Below, in pieces: positions 29,764-37,970 of a stretch of DNA of 38,477 nucleotides (within the stretch, counting starts at the first letter, position 1; each line of letters opens with the position of its first letter). The translations under genes were made by a program, and so were the position numbers. The DNA is from Micavibrio sp. UBA1664 (GTDB lineage Bacteria > Pseudomonadota > Alphaproteobacteria > Micavibrionales > UBA1664): assembly GCA_002320485.1 (NCBI GenBank), contig DCKW01000032.1, positions 1 through 38,477 on the forward strand, in the 5' to 3' direction. Below the pieces are notes generated by a model, which saw nothing but the letters and a program-made list of their open reading frames with translations, had not been told where the DNA came from and made no database searches.

Positions 29764-31230
29764 TTAAGTTTTTGCCTTGTAGATTTGTGCAGTAGGCGAC
29801 CAGTTTTTGCGGCTAGCCTTATTTATGCCTTGGGCAATGCGTATCGGTTCTTGTGAAAGTGCGCCTGCCACCGCATCCAACCCGTCATCACGCCCATTTC
29901 GCGACATTGGTCGCCATTCGCGCATTTCACTGATAAATGGCGTTTGCTTAACGGAAGCCGCGACAGACAACGCCCTTGCCGCCAAAACCGCGTCAAAGGC
30001 TTCCAATATCCGTTGTGCCTTGGGCATACGGTTGGCATATTCAAGCACGGCGGCATGATGACCTGAGGCGCGAATTTCACGCCGTAAAATGGCAGGCAGA
30101 AATTTGCCGATTCCGTTAATTTCCACCGTGACTGACGGCACATAAAACTGCTTTAACAATGCGGCGATTTTTTTGCATTGTTGTGTGGCCTCATCATCTG
30201 GATCAGTTTAATTAATCCGCATATATTCAATGTGATGCAGGTAATATTGCCCGTCCTCGTCCGTGAAAATCAACGCCCATACGGAGGCATCACCACTTGC
30301 CAAGCCGAAGGCAGGATCCCACCATGAGGAACATGAAACCAGACGTTTGCCATTTAAATGCAGAACAGGTTTTTGCATTATTTCGGTATAATCAAGCATC
30401 GCATCATAAAACTGCAATCCATCAGGGTTTAACCGCCCCTCGGCAATGTTCATCGGCTCCAACATCATTTGTGAAGCAAACTTATTCGGCCCGACTTGTT
30501 TTTGCATAGCGTGAATGCCGGATATATCAAAGCGTTCAGGCAAGATACTCCTCCCCTCTTGGGTCAAAATCGGAAGACGTAAATCCATAAAATCTTTTAA
30601 ATAAGCATCGCAATCATCCACAGTTTTTGTGCGATAGATCGTGTTATATGTATGCGGTGTGCCAACATAAATCTGCGTGCCATTCGGCGTCAAAATAAAT
30701 CGTGTTTCATCCAGTTTTTCGCGCAAATCATCTCTGGCTTCGGTCGTATTTGATGTATTGGGAACCTCTACATCATCATAGATAATTATATCGGCGCGAC
30801 TACCTGTCACATTCGATGTGATACCGCGTGCCAACATGGACGGGTCGCGTAATTCCATCTGTCTTTGCACCGTGAAACGGTCACTCGCCCATTGGTCAGC
30901 CTTTTTCGGAATAAGCCCGATTGTCAGCGGATGACGTTCAAGAATACGACGAACATTACGCACCATTTTCCGAGCCAGCATATCGTCTGCCGCTATCACC
31001 ATGATGCGTATATCAGGATTTTGATACAGCAACCACGCGCAAAAAATCGCGACGCATGTTGATTTTCCGCACGCCCGAAATGCCATTAATAATAAACGTG
31101 TATCGCCGGCTTTCCATGTCTGTTCCAACCATCGCAAAATCTGTAAATGCACCTGTGGCGTTGACTGGTTTTGCATCTGGTTCCAGATCACAGTGAATAA
31201 GTCCAGATCGATTTTTGATATAATTGTCAT
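29764..31230 (-). pseudogene. terL: Terminase large subunit (T7 gp19-like) interrupted by one in-frame TAA at 30208-30210
   Basis: Walker A AFRACGKST, Walker B GSRADIIIYDDVE, nuclease WWDPAFG, VEINGIG, DDGLDA; the two ORFs are one frame: ...EYMRIN*TDPDDEATQQCKKIAALLKQF... Confidence 0.88.
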
Positions 31231-31523
31231 GCATCATTCCTGTCCAGTTCTTCCTGAGCGGTTTTGAGCATCGCACATAAATGATCGGCCTTGTCGTTAT
31301 CAACCATATCAACCGTTGCCGCCAGTTTTAACAATAATTCGATATGCGCTAGCGCCGCCTTTGCAGCCGTGTGACGATCCTTGAATTCTTTCGACTGATC
31401 TACTTCCTGAGCTGACGCCATAAAAGTGTGATAAGATTCTATGGCGGTTTCAATGGCATTAGGTAAGGTTGCAGCAATTTGCAATCGGGCTTCCGCACCG
31501 ATATCTGGTGTTTTTTTGTTCAT
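31227..31523 (-). CDS. Small helical protein coupled to terL (putative terminase small subunit)
   Basis: ATG at 31523 with CAGGA RBS; ATGA overlap with terL; TerS role is inferred from position only. Confidence 0.6.
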   Translation of the reverse strand: MNKKTPDIGAEARLQIAATLPNAIETAIESYHTFMASAQEVDQSKEFKDRHTAAKAALAHIELLLKLAATVDMVDNDKADHLCAMLKTAQEELDRNDA

Positions 31524-31553
31524 AAAAATCCTGTTTAAGGTTATTATTTTTAA

Positions 31554-31946
31554 ATGATCGGCCCCCATGAAGGACAGGAACTTGAATTAATGCTTGCAGG
31601 CAAAAAACGCCTCGCGGCTTATAACGATATTATCCCTGAAAACGGAAAAATTGCCGAAGCCATCATTCCGGAAAAAAAATTTAAACCGTATGTTGATAGC
31701 GGTGAATTAATTCGGTTTTGCGAGGACTATGTCTCTCCTGATAATCATCATATAAGAATTGTTTGTTTTACAGTGCCTGCAGAAGAATGGCGGGCCAAAG
31801 CATATATTTTTATTCGTAAAAAATTACAAATGCGTGAGATCCAATATACTAATAGTTACGATGAATTTATTGGGTTACTACTAGATTATAATCCGTCGGA
31901 CATTCAGCATTTTTTAAATCATGATTTACAATTTAATCGTACATGA
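31554..31946 (+). CDS. AT-rich hypothetical protein inserted antisense in the phage module
   Basis: 130-aa ORF beginning MIGPHEGQELELMLAGKK and ending IGLLLDY...I..F; opposite strand to the module. Confidence 0.75.
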   Translation: MIGPHEGQELELMLAGKKRLAAYNDIIPENGKIAEAIIPEKKFKPYVDSGELIRFCEDYVSPDNHHIRIVCFTVPAEEWRAKAYIFIRKKLQMREIQYTNSYDEFIGLLLDYNPSDIQHFLNHDLQFNRT

Positions 31947-32250
31947 GGGGCAATAAGTACCTTTTGATCCTCCGTGAAAACCTCCACAGTTAAGGCATCT
32001 CATTTGCGGTGATCTAGCTGTTAATCTAAATATAGCTTTTTCAGTTTCACCTCCGGGTTTTATAAGGCATCCATTTTCAAATTTTGAGATTTTTGGATAG
32101 TATAAATCCCTTTATCCATTTCGGCATCTATATAGGGTGTATTAATATCACCCCTATATAAACCAAGTATTTCAAAGCTTTCTTAATTTCAATTACATCT
32201 TCAGGCTTAGACCTTTGATTATTTCCGATATTACTTGATATTTTTTTCAT
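31926..32250 (-). pseudogene. Peptidoglycan-binding domain protein with C-terminal CxxC-CxxC; two single-base frameshifts (not in ORF track)
   Basis: Reconstruction across frames: MKKISSNIGNNQRSKPEDVIEIKKAL/EILGLYRGDINTPYIDAEMDKGIYTIQKSQNLKMD/LIKPGGETEKAIFRLTARSPQMRCLNCGGFHGGSKGTYCPSCTIKL*. Confidence 0.72.
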
Positions 32251-32262
32251 TTAATTTTCTTT

Positions 32263-34296
32263 CTAAAACTTACTGACGATAAACCATTGCCCGCCGTTGG
32301 AGGTGACGGTGATGGCGCTATATTGTGCATTAAGGGGTTGCGTATATTGATCGGGGCCGTTGCCCCCTTGCTCACTCACATACACCGTATTTGCACTTGT
32401 ATCCGTTTTTTTGATCGTAATGGTGCGCCCTATCGCCTTGATCGCATTGGCAGGCGGCAAACGGCATGTCACCGCCCCCCCGAAGGATGAGATCAAATAG
32501 GTATCGACACTCATATCAATATCCAGTTGACCACTTGTATCATAATATTTCGTGTTACCGGCCATGCGGTTGGACGACAATACAAACCATTCTGCCCCGT
32601 TTGATAGGATCGTCACGTAATCATATGGCCCACCAAGGATGATGTCGCGCTTCCGATCTATGCCTAGCCCATTGGGTTCAGAGATCGTGACCGCATTACC
32701 CGTAAAATCAATTTTCTTAATCGTATATGTTGCACCCGCATAATCATTCGGCAAAGGCAAATTAATTGTAATCGCGCCGTTTGTTGCGGCAACCAGATGG
32801 ACGGAAATGTTCGTATTCAAATCAAATGCCGCATCGTTTGGCGCATCGATAAAAACCGTATCCTGACGCAATAATGTTGCGGTGAAATCCTTCACCTGCA
32901 TTTGGTCGAAACGGTTAGGCATGGGGAAACCTGCATTAATTGCCTCATATTGACCGCCGCTTTCATCCAAGATTGCCGCGCCGTTTGACATGGCCAGAAA
33001 ATTTTGCACAAGTGTTTTCTTCGACCCCGCCTTTAATACAAGATTGGGGACAGAATTATATGACTCCGTATAGAGGTTATCGATCACAGTTTCATTGGCA
33101 TTTGCACCCACTGTAAAACAGGACTGCGCCGTTCCGTCAACATTTACCTCGCAATTGAGAAAACGATTGTAGAATGATCCGTGGGCAACATTCACACCAT
33201 GACCGCTCATGACCGATCCCTGCGAATAAACACGGCAACCGTCAAAAATATTGGCATTGGGTGTGTCGCCACTACCGCTTTTTGTTAACTCAATGCCCGT
33301 ATCGGAAGGGGAGAGAACCAGTGTATTGGTAAAATTATTCCAGTAACACGGCTTGTTAGTGTCACCACCGCCATTCAATACAATTCCTTTATCGGCAAAA
33401 CGGATAATCAGATTATCAATGCGGTTTTGCACGCACGGCCCGGCCTGCCCTTGTAGATTAATTCCAATATCACCGCCCTCAATGACAAAACCGGAAAGCA
33501 GGTTATAGCCGTTACGGATATTGATTGCCGTGAATAAATTGCTGTCGGCCTTGATAACGGATGATTGGCCCGCACCTGATAAATGCTTCCCGAACGTCAC
33601 ATTAATTGTATCGGTAATGCGGTATGTGCCCTCGGGAATATAGATCGCATTATGGGCTTGCAAGGCTTTACCAAAGGCCAGCGTATCATCCGCCACCCCG
33701 TCACCGATTGCACCAAAATCTTTCACGGATATCGTATCTGCGGCCTTATCGCTAATCTGGCGATTGACGGCTCCACCTCCAATTGCGGTAAAACTGCTCG
33801 GCGCTTGGGTCAGTCCGTAATCAATTGCAATCGGGTTGCCATTGCCATCAAAACCCAGCGCCTTATTGGCGCGATTTTGACGCGAGGGCATATCGGTCAT
33901 TCCCGCCGTTTCACCTCTGGCATAACGCAGCATGGCATCTTGATCGCGTTGTAATTGCTGCACGCTTGCCATTAGGTAATCCAGTTCGTTATTAAGAGAT
34001 TTCGCGCTGAATTCCCCATTTTCCAGAAAATCAGTAATACGTTCATACGGAACCTGACGCAGGATAGTGATAACTATTCCGGCGGGCGGCGCATGATCGA
34101 ATGTTATTTCCCCTCCGTTCGTATTTCCCTCTCCCGAAACTGAAAAACCCTGAGTTTGTGTCACTTCGTTAAAGAGGATTTGTAAATCTTCAGACGCGAA
34201 TATCGGAAACGGATATTCATATGTGGTGTCAATGCCATTGGCTGTATAGCGGACAAGCGGAGTCACCGCCGGCATCTTGATATGATTGTCGAGCAT
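32263..34296 (-). CDS. Tailspike/tail fibre with pectate-lyase-like beta helix
   Basis: T7 gp17-like N-terminus (YTANG..TTYEYPF), ISVKDFGAIGDGVADDT, IYIPEGTY, Asn-rich beta helix, duplicated C-terminal domain. Confidence 0.85.
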   Translation of the reverse strand: MLDNHIKMPAVTPLVRYTANGIDTTYEYPFPIFASEDLQILFNEVTQTQGFSVSGEGNTNGGEITFDHAPPAGIVITILRQVPYERITDFLENGEFSAKSLNNELDYLMASVQQLQRDQDAMLRYARGETAGMTDMPSRQNRANKALGFDGNGNPIAIDYGLTQAPSSFTAIGGGAVNRQISDKAADTISVKDFGAIGDGVADDTLAFGKALQAHNAIYIPEGTYRITDTINVTFGKHLSGAGQSSVIKADSNLFTAINIRNGYNLLSGFVIEGGDIGINLQGQAGPCVQNRIDNLIIRFADKGIVLNGGGDTNKPCYWNNFTNTLVLSPSDTGIELTKSGSGDTPNANIFDGCRVYSQGSVMSGHGVNVAHGSFYNRFLNCEVNVDGTAQSCFTVGANANETVIDNLYTESYNSVPNLVLKAGSKKTLVQNFLAMSNGAAILDESGGQYEAINAGFPMPNRFDQMQVKDFTATLLRQDTVFIDAPNDAAFDLNTNISVHLVAATNGAITINLPLPNDYAGATYTIKKIDFTGNAVTISEPNGLGIDRKRDIILGGPYDYVTILSNGAEWFVLSSNRMAGNTKYYDTSGQLDIDMSVDTYLISSFGGAVTCRLPPANAIKAIGRTITIKKTDTSANTVYVSEQGGNGPDQYTQPLNAQYSAITVTSNGGQWFIVSKF
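32266..32820 (-). repeat. Two tandem copies of a roughly 90-100 aa domain at the tailspike C-terminus
   Basis: GAITINLP...G.TYTIKKID...NAVTISE...VTILSNGAEWF versus GAVTCRLP...GRTITIKKTD...NTVYVSE...ITVTSNGGQWF. Confidence 0.8.
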
Positions 34297-34305
34297 AATT
34301 TTCCT

Positions 34306-34806
34306 TTAATAATTTTGGATGGTACGATCGAGACGCTGCCGTTCGGCAAGTTGGGTGCGGTCTAGCACACTGCGTGATTGCAAATTCGAGAGATTGGTAT
34401 CAAGTGTATTATAGCGAAGCTGATCCAGAGCCGAGGCATAGTCACGGTCTTCATCCGCATCATTATAAAGCCCGAGCAATATCGCTTCGTTCGACCCTGA
34501 AGTTGAAATGCCCCCCGCCCCGCGTGTTGCATTTTGACGGGCAATGGCACGACGCAAAGCGTCTTGTCGCCTTTTCTCATCAGCTTGCGCATTTAAGGCC
34601 AGTTGCCTGCGTTCGGCTTCGGCCTTTTTTTGCGCCTCAGCCAAGGATAAACCTTGTTGTGCCTGTAAATTTTGCATGGCTAATTCCTGTTGGGCGCGAT
34701 AATTGCGTTCATCCCGACCTGAAAATGTATCGACGGTCGTGCTGAGTGTCTGCAGCGCGCCAAGCGTTTGTGTCAATGTCCCGAGGACAGGTGCTAAAGT
34801 TCCCAT
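34306..34806 (-). CDS. Putative internal virion protein (T7 gp14-like position)
   Basis: Ala/Gln-rich helical protein with RQNATRGAGGIS..GS motif directly after tail tubular B. Confidence 0.65.
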   Translation of the reverse strand: MGTLAPVLGTLTQTLGALQTLSTTVDTFSGRDERNYRAQQELAMQNLQAQQGLSLAEAQKKAEAERRQLALNAQADEKRRQDALRRAIARQNATRGAGGISTSGSNEAILLGLYNDADEDRDYASALDQLRYNTLDTNLSNLQSRSVLDRTQLAERQRLDRTIQNY

Positions 34807-36707
34807 TAATCATTCACTTTCATTTCGGTGGTTACAGATAAAAGAGTGAACGGAAGCGGCGCCTCCTGTTCAATCCGCCAGAGAGGTTGCGTCAGATCCT
34901 TTGACCAGCCGTAAGCCCTGACACTTACATCACGGCTGACAGGGGTGATCGGTGCATCCAGGATGTCAGAACTATCAAAATCGCGGAGCGGCACGTCATT
35001 CAGCCCACGCCCGACATCAAGCCGGAGTGATGCCGTATCCTCGATACGGAAAACAGCCTCGACCAGACGTACCGCCCGTCCCGCCCCTCCGCTTGAAAGC
35101 GGCGATGGCGGCAAGGGTTCGACAATATGAGTATAGGGCAATCCGATTTCTACGATAGTTGCAGGGCTGTCCAACGTAATTACACCTTCGGAAACCGCTT
35201 TTGCATTTTGTACAATACCGTCCGCCACGATAGAAACAGTTTGTCCCTCCATGTGATCAAGCCCCGACCAAGAGGCCGTAGGGGTAACAGTTTCGCCTTT
35301 CATGGTTGAATCGAGAAATACCGTGTCATCGAAATATTCAATGGTATAAAGTCCGTTTCGATGGATGAGTGCATAGACATCATCGCCTGTCACGGCCACG
35401 GATAAAAACTGCCCGTCCGTTTGCTGTAAAGTCCAGGCGGATACACGCTCCGTTCTATAATTTGTTAATGTCGCAAGACCGCCATCGGCAAGAACAAAAT
35501 GTAGTAGGCGGTTTCTCTTGTCAAAGGCTACAGACACTGGGTTTTTCACCAGATGCTGCGCCAGCAAGGATAAATCAGTGGCCTGATAGGCGGCCTCCAG
35601 ATCAGTATACAAAAATTCACGGATTTCGCGGCCGTTGCGCGCCACAAATATCGTTGCCCCCTCAATATCGACAGGGGCAAGATTAATGTCGGTCAACGAT
35701 CCGATGCGTGTCTGGCGATTGATCTGCACCGTTGCCGGCGTTAGCGGCGACCCCGTAACCTGCCATTCCGCGCCACTGGTAAATACTTGTAAGTCACGGC
35801 CGGAAAAAACCGAGCGGATGGCATTAACCTGATCTGACAAAATTGAAAATTCGATAGCCTCGTCGTCCAAGCCTTCCCCCAGATCAAAATTCCAGATATC
35901 GCCGGATTTAGAGAGCCATAGACGGTTGGGCAAATCCCTTGACCCGCCGATGACCAAACGATCCTGATGAAAACATACTGACACGGGCCAGCCGCGAAAT
36001 GCCGAAAACGCTTGCTCCTCCCAATCTGTGGTAGCGGTGGCCGCCGTTAGTTCATCTATCACAATACCTTCGACAACTGTCGGTGACGCATAGGATGTAA
36101 TATCAACTTGCTTACCGCTGATGGTTATACGCGTTCCAGCGTGCAGCGGGTCAAAAACAGATGATGAAGCCGTCAGCGTCACCGTACCCGTTGTTGCATT
36201 CGGCGTGACGGTAATATTCTGATCGGCATATTTGAAAAACGGCTGGCGGGTCACACCATTATCATCCGTATAAAATTCCCACGCCGATAAAGCCCATACT
36301 CCTGTTCCACTGCGCGTTAGTTTACGAGGCTCGATATCGGGATGACATAACAACAATGTGTCCGCACTTTGCGTCCAGTTAATCTGGCTAATCTGTGCCG
36401 TACTCCATGGGGTGGGGAGTGTTTCCACCTTAACGCCCGATTGATATATATCCATTTGCAAGTCGGTCAGAACAAGCAGATAAGTCTGTTCCGTATTAAA
36501 TTCAAAATCAATCAAACGCCCTGCCCCTGCCACTGTATCGACAAACGATAATCCTGCACGGCGTGTAATACCCCCTGTCGGATGAATAAAGACATTCCGT
36601 AAGGATAAGGCACCGTTTGCATAGGCGTTCAGGTCGCCCCGCCCTAGCAAACGGCGTGAAATTTCGCCACTTGTGAACGTGGTTTTGATTTGTCGAACAC
36701 GACTCAT
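34806..36707 (-). CDS. Tail tubular protein B / nozzle (T7 gp12-like)
   Basis: TTFTSGEIS..L.GR.D, GG..RRAG, GWPVSVCFHQDRL, LWLSKSGD..NF, PLPFTLLSV. Confidence 0.88.
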   Translation of the reverse strand: MSRVRQIKTTFTSGEISRRLLGRGDLNAYANGALSLRNVFIHPTGGITRRAGLSFVDTVAGAGRLIDFEFNTEQTYLLVLTDLQMDIYQSGVKVETLPTPWSTAQISQINWTQSADTLLLCHPDIEPRKLTRSGTGVWALSAWEFYTDDNGVTRQPFFKYADQNITVTPNATTGTVTLTASSSVFDPLHAGTRITISGKQVDITSYASPTVVEGIVIDELTAATATTDWEEQAFSAFRGWPVSVCFHQDRLVIGGSRDLPNRLWLSKSGDIWNFDLGEGLDDEAIEFSILSDQVNAIRSVFSGRDLQVFTSGAEWQVTGSPLTPATVQINRQTRIGSLTDINLAPVDIEGATIFVARNGREIREFLYTDLEAAYQATDLSLLAQHLVKNPVSVAFDKRNRLLHFVLADGGLATLTNYRTERVSAWTLQQTDGQFLSVAVTGDDVYALIHRNGLYTIEYFDDTVFLDSTMKGETVTPTASWSGLDHMEGQTVSIVADGIVQNAKAVSEGVITLDSPATIVEIGLPYTHIVEPLPPSPLSSGGAGRAVRLVEAVFRIEDTASLRLDVGRGLNDVPLRDFDSSDILDAPITPVSRDVSVRAYGWSKDLTQPLWRIEQEAPLPFTLLSVTTEMKVND

Positions 36708-36738
36708 ATTTAAATTTCCTTTGTTTTAATTCGGACAT

Positions 36739-36762
36739 AAAAAAACCGCCTCGAAAGGCGGC
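36739..36762 (-). terminator. Strong intrinsic terminator of the moron gene
   Basis: Minus strand GCCGCCT-TTCG-AGGCGG-TTTTTTT (UUCG loop, 7 U). Confidence 0.85.
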
Positions 36763-36786
36763 TGGATTTGATTAAAATTTAAAATA

Positions 36787-36975
36787 TTAAGGCTTAGGTT
36801 TTAACCAGCCACCCAAATCAGACGAATACACAATTACATCATTCTCGCCTTCATCTGTTGCTGGCTGTGAGGTTCTTTTTACAGTTCCTTTTACATTGTT
36901 TGCAGATGCCTGAAACCCTGTAATCGCAAGTCGCGTATCTGTCGGCAATGTGTATCCTTTTGACTCATATGACAT
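36787..36975 (-). CDS. 62-aa moron protein of unknown function
   Basis: AGGGAG RBS, own promoter and terminator, AT-rich flanks. Confidence 0.7.
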   Translation of the reverse strand: MSYESKGYTLPTDTRLAITGFQASANNVKGTVKRTSQPATDEGENDVIVYSSDLGGWLKPKP

Positions 36976-37005
36976 TTCTATATCTCCCTTTATTTATAAT
37001 CCATA

Positions 37006-37034
37006 AAACTAAAGTAAAAAATTTGCTATGTCAA
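37006..37034 (-). promoter_or_regulatory. sigma70-type promoter of the moron
   Basis: TTGACA-N17-TAGTTT on the minus strand starting 4 nt after the tail tubular A stop. Confidence 0.7.
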
Positions 37035-37038
37035 TATT

Positions 37039-37608
37039 TCACCCTCTCACATCTGTTAGCGGAAACGATGTTAATTTCTGCGCGCGATCTTGTTGCGCAT
37101 CAAGTTGTCGCGCGCGGGAAAATTCGGTTTCGGCCAGACGCGTTAATGTTTCAAATCGCGATGTATTTTCGGTCAGTGGTATGCATAGTTCCGCCGCCAG
37201 ACGCGAAATCAACACGCTGTCAAAAAACGGCGGAAATTCAGCTTCGTCCGGGCGAAAAATATAAGTCAGCACAACTTGTGTCGCATTGGTATATAATTTG
37301 CCGCGCATTATACGGTAATCAAGGCCGCTGGATTTTGCACCGCTTCCTGCCGTCAATGCTCTTAAAAAATCATTGGGAAGGGCAAAAACATTGGAATATT
37401 CCCCGATCGCCTCTTCGTTTAACGCGCTTAATTCTACCTGTCCGGTGGCAAAGTTCCAGCCGTAGGATGATAGCAAAGCATCACGGGATTGCGCGTATAA
37501 CGCGCCGCATATTTCAGCCTCCGCCGAACCGTCATCAAACGAGGTAATCGGTTGCGCGCCCAATCGTATTAATGCGCGGGAGCATAATGCAATATCATTT
37601 AAAGCCAT
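37039..37608 (-). CDS. Tail tubular protein A / adaptor (T7 gp11-like)
   Basis: True start MALNDIALCSRALIRLGAQPITSF at 37608 with AAGGA RBS; WNFAT, FALPNDFLR, FPPFF..VL..RLA. Confidence 0.85.
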   Translation of the reverse strand: MALNDIALCSRALIRLGAQPITSFDDGSAEAEICGALYAQSRDALLSSYGWNFATGQVELSALNEEAIGEYSNVFALPNDFLRALTAGSGAKSSGLDYRIMRGKLYTNATQVVLTYIFRPDEAEFPPFFDSVLISRLAAELCIPLTENTSRFETLTRLAETEFSRARQLDAQQDRAQKLTSFPLTDVRG

Positions 37609-37625
37609 ATAAAAATCCTTTTTTG

Positions 37626-37660
37626 AAATAAGAAACCCCCGCCACATGAAATGGCGGGGG
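37626..37660 (-). terminator. Post-capsid intrinsic terminator/attenuator
   Basis: Minus strand CCCCCGCCA-7 nt-TGGCGGGGG-TTTCTTATTT between the capsid-associated gene and tail tubular A. Confidence 0.75.
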
Positions 37661-37703
37661 CCGGATACGGAAAAACCGTTACTGTTTGTCGTGGAGGGAA
37701 GGG

Positions 37704-37946
37704 TTAGGCCGAGAAGGCCGAAACAGTAACCACCCCGTCGGCATTGCCTGTCACGATGTAAAACACCGTGGTGGGTGAACCGTCCGTATCCAATGCGGTA
37801 ATGATCAGGTCGTTGACCCGCACCATATCGGCGGAAGCATTGAAATAGCCTGCCCCCGTTACGGCGTTGTCTGTTGTTGTGTAATGCCACAGCGTGAAGT
37901 TATTCGCATAGGCAAGGACGCTCAAATTACTTGATGTAAAACTCAT
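37704..37946 (-). CDS. Small capsid-associated protein (possible decoration/cement protein)
   Basis: 80-aa beta-rich ORF (LSVLAYANNFTLWHYTTTD...GYFN...GDLI-like) with AAGGA RBS directly after the capsid gene; role is inferred. Confidence 0.7.
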   Translation of the reverse strand: MSFTSSNLSVLAYANNFTLWHYTTTDNAVTGAGYFNASADMVRVNDLIITALDTDGSPTTVFYIVTGNADGVVTVSAFSA

Positions 37947-37970
37947 GGTGGAAAATCCTTTGATTTAAGA

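Noticed and set aside
30208-30210. Genome-wide stop codon reassignment as an explanation for the terL TAA
   Set aside because: TAA is the normal stop of many neighbouring genes, including several in the same module
36948-37547. 199-aa plus-strand ORF and other antisense or nested ORFs in the track (e.g. 7943-8488, 27930-28436, 651-941)
   Set aside because: Shadow ORFs opposite well-supported genes, with no motifs or RBS
37609-37890. N-terminal 94 aa of the 283-aa ORF 37039-37890
   Set aside because: Overlaps the 80-aa gene in another frame and crosses a terminator; the real start with RBS is at 37608
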